Origin: Candidatus Latescibacterota bacterium
Lineage (GTDB): Bacteria; Latescibacterota; UBA2968; GCA-2709665
Assembly (NCBI GenBank): GCA_965208835.1
Contig: OZ242358.1
Location: 1,632,001 to 1,696,000 of the forward strand
Reading direction: 5' to 3'
DNA: 64,000 nt
Position 1 is the first letter of the stretch. Each line of letters begins with the position of its first letter. The notes beneath the pieces are model-generated. The model ran no database searches, was not told where the DNA came from, and saw only the letters and a program-made list of their open reading frames with translations. A program made the translations under genes and the position numbers. This document shows positions 38,244 to 47,582 of this stretch, piece by piece.

Positions 38244-39476
38244 ATGCAGTCACCGTTTTCCAACCATACGCTCGATAACGGACTTCAACTGGTGTTTGAG
38301 TCGATTCCAAGGATCAACTCGGCGGCGCTCGGATTCTATGTACACGCCGGCTCGCGCGACGAACCGCCGGAACTTGCAGGCGTGTCGCACTTCCTCGAGC
38401 ACATGTGTTTCAAGGGCACGAAAAAACGCGACTGGCGCCAGCTGAGTCTGGACGTCGACGACCTTGGCGCAATGTGGAACGCTTATACCTGGTGGGAGGG
38501 CACCGCATATTTTCACTGGGTGCAGAGCGAGCGTGCCGAGAGCTCAGCCGAAATCCTTGCAGACATGATGCGGTCTACGATCCCGGAAGACCAGTTCGAC
38601 ATGGAGAAGAAAGTCATCCTGGAAGAGATCGCGATGTATCGTGACCGGCCGGACGCGCTGATTATCGACGAACTGATTCAGGAGGTTTTCGCGGGGCACC
38701 CGCTCGGACAGAGCGTACTGGGAACCGAGGACTCGATCGGATCAATCTCCCGGGAGCAGATGGCGGATTATTTCGACAGGCGATATGCGCCGGACAATAT
38801 GACGCTCGTCGTTACCGGCAGATTCGATAGGGATTCAATGATTCGCGCGGCTGAAACCCATTGCGGCGGATGGGAACCGCGGAAGGCGATACGGCAGCAG
38901 GTGGAGCCTGTATTCCACCCGACCACACGCGTCGTGGAGCGCCCGAACGTGATCCGCGAGCATATCGCCATGGCGTTTCCCGCACCCTGCGACTCGGATG
39001 AATGGGCGACGACCGCGGATCTGCTCGCCCACTATCTCGGTGCGACCAGCAACAGCCGTCTGTTCTGGTCGGTTGTCCAGAAGGGGCTGGCTGACGAGGC
39101 CTCGGCGGACTTCTACGGTTTCAGCGATACCGGTCTATTCTACGTTTATATTTCCGTCGATCCGGAAAACGTCCCGCGGGTCCTCGAGATTGTGCGGAGA
39201 GAAATCGAAGGGCTGAAGGCGGGTGTGGACGGAGATGCCCTCGCCAGGTCCAGGACCAAGCAGGCGACAGCGCTGGTGGTTGGCGGCGAACACGGGCTCC
39301 GGCGTTTCTCGCAGATCGTTGGAAACCTGAGTACGGATACGCCATTGAAGACGCTTGAAGAGGAGTTGGCCGAGATCGACGCGGTTACACCGAAACGGAT
39401 CGCCGAATACCTGGAGCGTTTCCCTCTCCATTGCGAGCCGGCGTTGGTGGCGCTCGGGCCGTTGACGTCAATCTGA
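38244..39476 (+). CDS. M16B peptidase, catalytic subunit
   Basis: GSRDE, GVSHFLEHMCFKGT, EKKVILEEI. Confidence 0.92.
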   Translation: MQSPFSNHTLDNGLQLVFESIPRINSAALGFYVHAGSRDEPPELAGVSHFLEHMCFKGTKKRDWRQLSLDVDDLGAMWNAYTWWEGTAYFHWVQSERAESSAEILADMMRSTIPEDQFDMEKKVILEEIAMYRDRPDALIIDELIQEVFAGHPLGQSVLGTEDSIGSISREQMADYFDRRYAPDNMTLVVTGRFDRDSMIRAAETHCGGWEPRKAIRQQVEPVFHPTTRVVERPNVIREHIAMAFPAPCDSDEWATTADLLAHYLGATSNSRLFWSVVQKGLADEASADFYGFSDTGLFYVYISVDPENVPRVLEIVRREIEGLKAGVDGDALARSRTKQATALVVGGEHGLRRFSQIVGNLSTDTPLKTLEEELAEIDAVTPKRIAEYLERFPLHCEPALVALGPLTSI

Positions 39477-39608
39477 CGGGCGAGGTCCAGGTCGGGCAAC
39501 GCCTGTCCGGGACGGTGGCGGGACCGAAGATGCCCCCGGGAAATTATGTCGGCTTCAACGGCGAGATCGGCTTGCGGGGCGCCGGACTTGTGATTCGGGA
39601 CCGGCCGT

Positions 39609-40832
39609 TCACGCGTAGCCGGCGAGGACGTCGTCGAGGGAACGGGTGGGTTCGAAAAAGGAGAGAACGCGCAGGAGCACGGCATCGACAATGGCGTCGG
39701 GGCACGAAGCGCCGGACGTCAGCGCAACGCTCAGGGGGCGTTTGTCAGGCAGCCAGTCCGTCGTAAGGGCGGCTTTTTTTGTCTCCAGGTTGTAGTGGCG
39801 GATAAGGGATACCGAACGGATTTCATCCGCGTCTTTGACGAAATAGGTGGGCATCCGTTCGAGGCAGAGTTCCACGATGTGCGACGTGTTGGAGGAGTTG
39901 TATCCGCCGACGACCAGCGCCAGGTCCGCCTCCTGCTCGACGAGGACGTAAGTCGCGTTCTGGTTTTCGTTGGTTGCGTAGCACAGGGTATCCGAAGTGT
40001 CGGCGTAGTGCTTCTGGATGTTTTCTTCTCCGTAACGGTCCGCAAGGGCGCCGCGCAGAATCTTCGCGATGTGCCGCGTTTCGGTGGCCAGCATGGTCGT
40101 CTGATTGACGATTCCGATGCGCTGGAGATCTCGGTCCGGGTCGAAGCCTTCCGAGCATTTGTGGCCGAAGTGCTCGAAGAAAACGCCGCGGCCCGCCGCC
40201 CCCCGTATGACGTCGGCAAGAACGTGTGACTCCTGGAGATCCAGTACCACGACCGTCGCCGCGTTCCGTACACTGTGAGAGAAGGTGGCGCGTGTCTCCT
40301 GGTGGGCATCGTTGCCGTGTACGACCACGGAGAATCCCGACTCACCCAGTTTGGCGCTCCGGTTCCAGACCCGCTCCACAAAGGGGCAGGTCGTGTTGTA
40401 GGTGTAGGCGTCAATGCCGCGGGACGCAAGGGCATCCTGGATTTCAACGGTGGTGCCGAACGCGGGCACCACGACGATGTCTTCCGGGGCAAGGTAATTC
40501 CACGGGATGAGCTGCATTCCGTACGGATCGAATATGAACTCCACGCCCCTGTCTTTCAGGTCGTTGTTGACGTTGGGATTGTGAATCATTTCGTTTAGGA
40601 AATAGATGCGCCGGTCCGGGTGTTCATCGAGCGTCTTGTAAGCGATTTCGATCGCGTTTTCCACGCCGAAGCAGAACCCGAAATGACGGGCCAGCAGAAA
40701 CCGGACCGGGCCGAAGTCGAGTACTGAGGGCGACAGATCCCGTTTGCGCATGTCCTGCATCTGTCTGTACGCCTTCACGCGCGCAATGACGGGACTCTTG
40801 TAGAAATCGGGTATGTCGAATTTGCGTGCCAT
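39609..40832 (-). CDS. ispH: 4-hydroxy-3-methylbut-2-enyl diphosphate reductase (long type)
   Basis: FGFCFGVE, MIHN, PAFG, TTCPFV, NQTT, DTLCYAT, GGYNSSNT, TSGASCP. Confidence 0.95.
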   Translation of the reverse strand: MARKFDIPDFYKSPVIARVKAYRQMQDMRKRDLSPSVLDFGPVRFLLARHFGFCFGVENAIEIAYKTLDEHPDRRIYFLNEMIHNPNVNNDLKDRGVEFIFDPYGMQLIPWNYLAPEDIVVVPAFGTTVEIQDALASRGIDAYTYNTTCPFVERVWNRSAKLGESGFSVVVHGNDAHQETRATFSHSVRNAATVVVLDLQESHVLADVIRGAAGRGVFFEHFGHKCSEGFDPDRDLQRIGIVNQTTMLATETRHIAKILRGALADRYGEENIQKHYADTSDTLCYATNENQNATYVLVEQEADLALVVGGYNSSNTSHIVELCLERMPTYFVKDADEIRSVSLIRHYNLETKKAALTTDWLPDKRPLSVALTSGASCPDAIVDAVLLRVLSFFEPTRSLDDVLAGYA

Positions 40833-40841
40833 AGTTGGTGA

Positions 40842-41003
40842 GAAGCAGTATCAAAATTCCCGGTGCGCTCCCGAGCGCGAGCGAAAGGGTGTCGGTCCAG
40901 GCGGGCAAATTCGCCCATATCTAAAGATACGGGTGGATTTGACCAACGCTGACCGACGCATTTGCAGCCGCGCGAAGACCGCTGGGAATTTTTATGCAGC
41001 TTC
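40842..41003. mobile_element. MITE family C, copy 3 (162 bp)
   Basis: Ends gaagcagtatcaaaatt / aatttttatgcagcttc; 9 bp upstream of the ispH start. Confidence 0.85.
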
Positions 41004-41057
41004 TGATGGTCGTCGCAACCCCGTGCCCGGGGACGTTACGGCTGTTGCTTTCGCTCT

Positions 41058-41507
41058 TCACTTTTGTCCGGTGCTGCCGAACCCGCCCCGGTCCGCTGCC
41101 CCGAGGTGTTCGGCTTCATCCCAGTCGGCCTGGACGATGCGAACGAATATCCCCTGCGCGAGCCGTTCGCGGCGCCGGACGTTTACGGGACTGTCTGTGA
41201 AGTTATAGACCTGGATGTGGATCTCGTCATTCGGTCCGCGGTAGTCCTGATCGACAATGCCGACGCCATTCGGTACCATCAGGCCCTTTCTGTGCGGCAG
41301 GCTGCTTCGGGCCGCAAGCAGGAGCATGTACCCAGGCGGAACGGCAACGATGAGATTGACCGGGACCAAACGGATTTCACCCGGTGGGACAACGATGTCC
41401 TTCCTGCAGAGCAGATCGAATCCGACGGAGCCGGGTGTCTGATGGCGCGGCAGAGGGAGCGACGGGTCCACTCTGCTGATCTGAATTTTCTTTACATGCT
41501 CGCCCAG
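41058..41507 (-). CDS. dut: dUTP diphosphatase (start uncertain; CTG at 41507 proposed)
   Basis: GSVGFDL, ARSS, GIVDQDYRG, ERLAQ, RGGFGSTG. Confidence 0.93.
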   Translation of the reverse strand: MGEHVKKIQISRVDPSLPLPRHQTPGSVGFDLLCRKDIVVPPGEIRLVPVNLIVAVPPGYMLLLAARSSLPHRKGLMVPNGVGIVDQDYRGPNDEIHIQVYNFTDSPVNVRRRERLAQGIFVRIVQADWDEAEHLGAADRGGFGSTGQK

Positions 41508-41524
41508 CGTCGCGATTCCTTTGG

Positions 41525-41623
41525 CAATCCGTGGATAAAGTCGCTCTGCAGGCGAGGCCGAGCAACGCAGTGTTTCGACCGCAAGGGCTGGCCGCAGCCC
41601 GGTAGGACGCTTCAATCGGGCCG
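41525..41623. mobile_element. MITE family B, internally deleted copy (~99 bp)
   Basis: gataaagtcgctctgcaggcgaggccga joined directly to gcaacgcagtgtttcgaccgcaaggg; cf. 51131-51276. Confidence 0.78.
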
Positions 41624-41867
41624 TCAGGAGGCCGGTTTGTCGATGAGACCATATTAACCATCGGCTCGATTGCTGTCAACAGTTTTCCTGGGTTTGACGC
41701 GGAAATCCGTCGATGCGTACTGCCGTTATAGCTTGACTTTCCAGTACCTCGTTGTCATCATATACAGCGTTAATTCAACGCGTACCGAAGCCTGCAGACG
41801 GCAACGCCTTCGCTTGCAATACGCAGTGCTGGCGCGGCCGAATCACGTTCCGAAGGGTGGATGAGAG

Positions 41868-43820
41868 ATGGAAGATCGCTTCGAGCAATGGAAGCGATAT
41901 CTGCTGCCGCTTCCACATGAGATCACGTTCGAGGGTGACGTTGAATGCCGCCCGGAATCGGTTTCGGTAGCGTTAAGGCCGGGAGCGGGTGCGTTGGAGA
42001 AAAATGCGGCAGCGATGCTGGAAGCGCTGTGTCCCGGCGAGGTAGGCGCCAAACCCGTCGGCGACGCTTTCAGTATCTCGATCGGGCTCGTTGAAAGCGG
42101 GCCGGATGCGGAACGGCTGAGGGGATTGCCGAATTGCCGGCAGGCATACACGATCCGTCCCGAGGGTCGGCGCCTGGTACTGGCCGCTCTGTCTGAACGC
42201 GGGATAACGTATGGGGCCCAGACCCTTCGCCAACTCCTTGAACCGAATCTGTCGCCCGACAGCATCCGTATTCCGCTCGTTTCGGTGACCGATTGGCCGG
42301 ACCTGGACGAGCGGGGCATGTGGAACTTTCCGATGCCGGAGGAGTGGATCCCCTGGATGGCGTCGATGAAATTGAACTACGGCAAGATGGACTCCACGGA
42401 ACTGTCGACGGTGGTGCGCGGGAAACCCAACAGCGCCCGAATCGATCGTGCGCTAATGGAAGAGGCGCGTCTGCTCGGGTTCAACTATGTGCCGCTCATC
42501 ACCCATTTGAACTTTCTGCATGACCGTGGCCTGTTCCGCGCTTATCCCGAGCTGGCGGGAAAGGGCGATGGCGCGCTGGCCGGGAGGTACTTCGCCCACA
42601 AGGAGGGCAATCAGCATCGGGCGCCGTGCGCCTCAAACCCCCTGCTGGTGGACATTCTCGAAGAGTGGATGGCGGATATCGCCTCCCAGGGCGCATCCGA
42701 GGTGGGCTGCTGGCTGACCGAACGCCCCGCCCAGTGCGAGTGTGACGACTGCACGGCGCTTGGGCAGTTTGTCCTCGAAGCCCGCGCGTTCGTCAACGCC
42801 TGGAAGCGGATTCGCCCGCGGTTTCCCGAATTCGATCTTCGCATTTTTCTGTCCACCACGACGTCGCAGCGGGACCACCGCGTCCTTGCGGAGTTGCCGC
42901 CGGAGGTAAGGGTCGGGCGCGCCTGCGCTGCCGAAATGGAACGCGTGCTGCATCTGCCCAGAGATCTGACGGCCAATCCTCTCCTGGATTACCACGCGTC
43001 GCAGGGTCGGTGGATCGCGAGCTACGACGTGCCGGTCAATGCCAACGGGCGGGTGGAAACCCCCGAATTCAAGGTGCCGCAGTCCTCGCCGCACCGGATC
43101 CGGGACTACGTTGGCCATCTGATCCGGCGGCAATACAGCGGCGCATTCGGAATGATGGCGTGGGTAACCAAGGGAAGGGAGACGTGCGGGTACAACGTCG
43201 CGGCCCTCGCAGAGTATTCCTGGAACCTGAAAGGACGAAGTGAGCGGGAGTTCGCCGTCGCGTGGGCAACCCGGGAAGGCTACGTCGATGTGGAGGCGTT
43301 TGCGGACTGGTCGGAACGACTGGGGCCCGTGGCGTTCGATGTCTACGACTCCGACTTTCCGGTCTGTTATTCCTGGGGTAAGGCGGTCGAGATGGTACGG
43401 AGTAAGCGGCGACCGTATCTCGGCGAGGGCATGTTCCGTTATTACGAGAATGAGCACGCCTTTGACGAAAAGGTCGACGTGTGCCGCCGGGCGATTCAGA
43501 TCGCTTCAGGATTCGAGAGCCCGGATTGCGTCAACGAGACTCGCGTCGTCATGACCTACGTGGAGCTTGCCCGGGGCGTCTATCGCGTTGCGGAGAAGGT
43601 GGCGACGCGCGACCTGGCCGACCCGGACGTTCAGATGGAGCTTCAGGCGGCGCTTGAGTCGCTCGAGGCAGCTGGCGCGTCGAACGTTGCCGCGATCCGG
43701 CACTGGCGGGAGACGCTGGGGCCCGAGCCGTGGCACAATCGGGTCCACGACGCGATTCGAGGCACGGAGTCAACCGTTCGCGAGATCGCAAAGTTCCTGC
43801 GCGAGCGGTACCTCCATTAA
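41868..43820 (+). CDS. Uncharacterised protein with GH20-like zincin N-domain and CxCxxC-containing barrel
   Basis: LLPLP, QAYTI...GITYGAQTLRQL...VTDWPDLDERG typical of GH20 domain 2; QCECDDC. Confidence 0.7.
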   Translation: MEDRFEQWKRYLLPLPHEITFEGDVECRPESVSVALRPGAGALEKNAAAMLEALCPGEVGAKPVGDAFSISIGLVESGPDAERLRGLPNCRQAYTIRPEGRRLVLAALSERGITYGAQTLRQLLEPNLSPDSIRIPLVSVTDWPDLDERGMWNFPMPEEWIPWMASMKLNYGKMDSTELSTVVRGKPNSARIDRALMEEARLLGFNYVPLITHLNFLHDRGLFRAYPELAGKGDGALAGRYFAHKEGNQHRAPCASNPLLVDILEEWMADIASQGASEVGCWLTERPAQCECDDCTALGQFVLEARAFVNAWKRIRPRFPEFDLRIFLSTTTSQRDHRVLAELPPEVRVGRACAAEMERVLHLPRDLTANPLLDYHASQGRWIASYDVPVNANGRVETPEFKVPQSSPHRIRDYVGHLIRRQYSGAFGMMAWVTKGRETCGYNVAALAEYSWNLKGRSEREFAVAWATREGYVDVEAFADWSERLGPVAFDVYDSDFPVCYSWGKAVEMVRSKRRPYLGEGMFRYYENEHAFDEKVDVCRRAIQIASGFESPDCVNETRVVMTYVELARGVYRVAEKVATRDLADPDVQMELQAALESLEAAGASNVAAIRHWRETLGPEPWHNRVHDAIRGTESTVREIAKFLRERYLH

Positions 43821-43842
43821 AGGGATGCATAGGGGAACGCGG

Positions 43843-44898
43843 ATGCCGATTTTGTCACATGTAATCCTGAGAAAATGCGGGTATGCAATATTCGAGGCCG
43901 CCGGCCTGCCGGAAGACCAGGCGCGAATCGTAACGGACCACCTGGTGGACGCGAACCTCGTGGGGCACGACTCTCACGGAATCCACCGGATGCCGGGCTA
44001 CGCGCGCGGCGTTAGAGACGGCGGAATCAGGCCCGCCGGCAACCACAAAGTGGTTCGGGAAACGCCGGCTTCCCTGACCATCGACGCGGGCGGAGGAATC
44101 GGCATCGTGGTGGCCAACCTGGCCATGCGCATGGCGGTGGACCGGGCACTCCAGCACACACTCGGGGCGGTCGCTGTTCATCGGTCGGGTCATATCGGCC
44201 GGCTCGGCGACTTCCCGTCCGTTGCGGCGGCGCGGGATTGTATCGGGATACTGATGTTGAACGGAGGCGGGCGGTTCGCGGCGCCGTTCGGCGGCACGGG
44301 CCAGCGGTTGCCTCCCAATCCGATCGCAATCGGCGTCCCCACGGGAGACGGGCCGCCGATGACACTTGATATTACCACATGCATCGTGGCGGGCGGCAAG
44401 GTCGACATCTGCCGTATACGTGGGCAGCCAATGCCCGAAGACTGGATGGTGGACCGGGACGGAAACACCGTAACCGATCCCGAGGAATTATACACCGGAA
44501 ACGCGGCCATGTTGCCTCTCGGAGGAGCCTACGGCCACAAGGGATACGGCCTGGCGATGATGATCGACGCCATCGCAGGCGGGCTTTCCTGGGCGGGATG
44601 CAGCGCGGATGCGCCCACGCGGGGAGGGAGCGGATTCCTGGCATTGGCTATAAAGATCGAGAGTTTCGCCGACGTGGACGACTTCAAGTCAGAAGTTCGG
44701 AAACTCATCGACTGGGTGAAAACGTCGCCGACGATGCCAGGAGTGGAACGGATCTACGTACCGGGAGAGATCGAGACGGAGACCCGGAAGAAGCGGGTGT
44801 CGGAGGGCGTGTTTCTGGAGGAAGCGACGTGGTCGGAGATCCGTTCCGTGGCCGAAGAACTGGGTGTGGCGGTGTCGGCGACTGGAGCCGTGGCGTAA
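43843..44898 (+). CDS. Ldh_2 (malate/L-lactate/ureidoglycolate dehydrogenase) family oxidoreductase
   Basis: ANLVGHDSHG, SGHIGRLG, PNPIAIG, GHKGYGLA, VPGE. Confidence 0.9.
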   Translation: MPILSHVILRKCGYAIFEAAGLPEDQARIVTDHLVDANLVGHDSHGIHRMPGYARGVRDGGIRPAGNHKVVRETPASLTIDAGGGIGIVVANLAMRMAVDRALQHTLGAVAVHRSGHIGRLGDFPSVAAARDCIGILMLNGGGRFAAPFGGTGQRLPPNPIAIGVPTGDGPPMTLDITTCIVAGGKVDICRIRGQPMPEDWMVDRDGNTVTDPEELYTGNAAMLPLGGAYGHKGYGLAMMIDAIAGGLSWAGCSADAPTRGGSGFLALAIKIESFADVDDFKSEVRKLIDWVKTSPTMPGVERIYVPGEIETETRKKRVSEGVFLEEATWSEIRSVAEELGVAVSATGAVA

Positions 44899-44919
44899 AA
44901 TTCACAGTGGAGATTTCAT

Positions 44920-47547
44920 ATGCCAGTGCGGCCAGATTCGGTCGTCAACTTCTGTAAAAAGGTGTTGCCGCTCCTTCACGCAAAGACGGACGGCAAACGG
45001 GTTCTGGATGACGTGCGCGCCGTCGTGGAAACGGACAGATGGAATTCGTTCGACCGCTTTAAAGAAACCACCGAATACCTGGTGAGCGGTTACGAGAACT
45101 CGGGCGCGAAGGCGGAAGTGCATACCATGCGTACTGGAGGATCCATTGGATCGGGGCGATGGATTATCCATAAAGCCGCAGACGTGCGCTCGGCGACGAT
45201 GGACGTGATTCGTCCGGTAAAGAAGCGTATTCTGGACTACAGGGAGAATCCCTGGCACGTCATTCAATGGAGCGACGCCACACCACCGGGTGGAATGGAG
45301 AACGAGTTGGCAGTCGTGGATTCCAGGGAAGCCCTGAACCGAGTTCCTCGCGGCGGGCTGGGCGGAAAGGTGGTTCTCACGCGAATGGACCCGCGCGGAA
45401 TGTTGCGGTCTTTCGCGGAAGCCGGCGCCGCGGGGGTGGTTACGGATCATCCGGTCCCGAACCTGCCCAACGCGACCGCGTGGACGAAATTCGGGTGGGG
45501 AGGCGTGCCGATTCAGGACGCCGCGGTTCAGATGGTAGGCTTGGTGTTGTCGGAAAACCAGGGCAAGCGGCTGCGCCAGATGCTTCGCAAGCACGGCACA
45601 CTGACAGTCCGGACCGACGTGGATATTCGGCATTATGCCGGGACTCACGATCAGGTGAGCGGCATTGTACCGGGAACTGCGGACCCTCAGGATGAAGTGT
45701 GGGCGCTTGCGCACAGTGCCGAGCCGGGTGCGATCGACAACGCTTCCGGCGTTGCGCTGTGCCTGGAGATCGCCCGTGTGCTCGAGGAGCTTATCGCAGG
45801 CGGTGCGCTGGCACGGCCGCGGCGTACGATCCGGCTGTTGAATGCCTACGAGTGTCACGGGTTCTTCAAGTACCTGGAGGAAACGCAGCGTCTGCAGACC
45901 CCTCTCGCGGGCGTCGTAATCGATTCTGTGGGAAGCAAGCCCTCGGTTTGCGGCGGTCGGATCGAGTGGCATGCCACGATTCCCATGTCGGCCGGTTTCG
46001 TGGACCGGTTGGGCGAGACGATTCTGAAGGAAACGCTCCGCCTTCGAAATCCCGGATACCGTCTGTTTATGGAGCCATTTCAACCCACGTCGGATACGCT
46101 CATCGGCGATCCGAAGTACGGGTTTCCGTGTCCCTGGCTCACCACGCATCACCGCAAGCGCGGGCGGGGATTCGATGCCTACCACTCATCCGCGGACAAA
46201 CCGAATCTGTTGAGCACGAGGGGGTTGGCTGCCTGCGCGACAGCCATGGCGGGTTATCTGTACTGGCTGGCGGACGCGGGTACCGGAGAAATTCTCGACG
46301 TTGCCGCCGCGGAAACCGCGCGCACGATCAGGCGGCTGCGAAGGGGGATCTCCTCGGTCGCACAGGTCGAATACGAACGCGAACAGCACAGGGTCATCCT
46401 GGAGAAACTTGAACGCTGGATGTGGGGCGGTTTGCGGCCGGACGTCCTGGAACGGTTCGCCGACCACGGGAGGGAAGTACGGGAAGCCGCCCGGACCGCG
46501 TCTAAAGGCAAAAGAAGAAAGCGTCTCAGACGCGTCGAAGGCGGGGACCGGATACCGAGACGCACCCGTGTGCTATCGCCCATCGGTGAGAATACGTCTC
46601 CGGAGATCGGCAGCCGGATCAGCGGGACGGGCCTTTCACCCTGGGCGCTGTTCTGGGCGGACGGTCACCGGACCCTCCACGAGATTTCGCAGGCCGTGGC
46701 GTGCGAGACCGGGAACTCGGTCAGGATGGAGGGCGTCGTCGCATATTTCGAAGCCCACGCCGAACTGGGATACGTGGAACTTATCGAGGAATCGGAGCGG
46801 GTGACGCGCGAGGGCCTGGTGAATGACCTCAACGCGCTTGGCCTGGTCCGGGGCATGGACGTTATGGTGCATAGTTCCCTGTCATCGATCGGCCACGTGG
46901 TCGGCGGTGCGAATGCCGTGATCGAGGCGCTGCTCGCGGTGATCGGAAAGCGTGGCACGCTGATGATGCCGTCGTTTAATCACCGGGCCGCAAAGGTGTA
47001 CAATCCAATGACGACGCCGACGACCAACGGCGCGATCCCGGATGCGTTATGGCGGCGCCCGGACGCGGTCAGAAGCGACCATCCCACACACGCCGTGGCA
47101 GCCGTGGGACCACGGGCGGAGGCCTACTGCAGGGACCATAGCAAGAAGGGGCTCTGGACTCCGGACAGTCCGATCGGCCAATTCGTGCACGGAAACGGGC
47201 ACATCGTGCTGCTCGGTGTCGACCACAACGCCACGACAGCCTACCACGTGGCAGAGTTATCGGTGCCCTGCGGCTGTATCGATCCGTTCGGAAATACCTA
47301 TCGTGTGGTGTCGGCCGACGGCAACGCGCGCCGTGTCAGGGGGCTGGCGTTCAGGTCCGCGCTATGCCCGGTGCCGCCGGGCAAACTGAACAGGGCGCTG
47401 GATCGCAGGGGCAGTCAGCGCCGCGGAAAGGTGGGTAAGGCGGACTCGATTTTCGTACCGGCAATGGAGGTATGGAAGGCGCGCCGGGACCATCTCAGGC
47501 GCGTCTGTCCGACGTGCGAAATCAAGCCCGCAATCGTGGCGCGATAG
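44920..47547 (+). CDS. Fusion: M28/DUF4910-like metallopeptidase fold + AAC(3)/Antibiotic_NAT acetyltransferase
   Basis: AHSAEPGAIDNASG, TSD, YHSSAD in N-part; from ~46795 VHSSLSSIG, GTLMMPSF, RSDHPTH, SPIG, LLGV, TAYHVAE. Confidence 0.82.
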   Translation: MPVRPDSVVNFCKKVLPLLHAKTDGKRVLDDVRAVVETDRWNSFDRFKETTEYLVSGYENSGAKAEVHTMRTGGSIGSGRWIIHKAADVRSATMDVIRPVKKRILDYRENPWHVIQWSDATPPGGMENELAVVDSREALNRVPRGGLGGKVVLTRMDPRGMLRSFAEAGAAGVVTDHPVPNLPNATAWTKFGWGGVPIQDAAVQMVGLVLSENQGKRLRQMLRKHGTLTVRTDVDIRHYAGTHDQVSGIVPGTADPQDEVWALAHSAEPGAIDNASGVALCLEIARVLEELIAGGALARPRRTIRLLNAYECHGFFKYLEETQRLQTPLAGVVIDSVGSKPSVCGGRIEWHATIPMSAGFVDRLGETILKETLRLRNPGYRLFMEPFQPTSDTLIGDPKYGFPCPWLTTHHRKRGRGFDAYHSSADKPNLLSTRGLAACATAMAGYLYWLADAGTGEILDVAAAETARTIRRLRRGISSVAQVEYEREQHRVILEKLERWMWGGLRPDVLERFADHGREVREAARTASKGKRRKRLRRVEGGDRIPRRTRVLSPIGENTSPEIGSRISGTGLSPWALFWADGHRTLHEISQAVACETGNSVRMEGVVAYFEAHAELGYVELIEESERVTREGLVNDLNALGLVRGMDVMVHSSLSSIGHVVGGANAVIEALLAVIGKRGTLMMPSFNHRAAKVYNPMTTPTTNGAIPDALWRRPDAVRSDHPTHAVAAVGPRAEAYCRDHSKKGLWTPDSPIGQFVHGNGHIVLLGVDHNATTAYHVAELSVPCGCIDPFGNTYRVVSADGNARRVRGLAFRSALCPVPPGKLNRALDRRGSQRRGKVGKADSIFVPAMEVWKARRDHLRRVCPTCEIKPAIVAR

Positions 47548-47582
47548 AAGTACACTTCGACACCGGGAGAGGGTTGTCCGCG

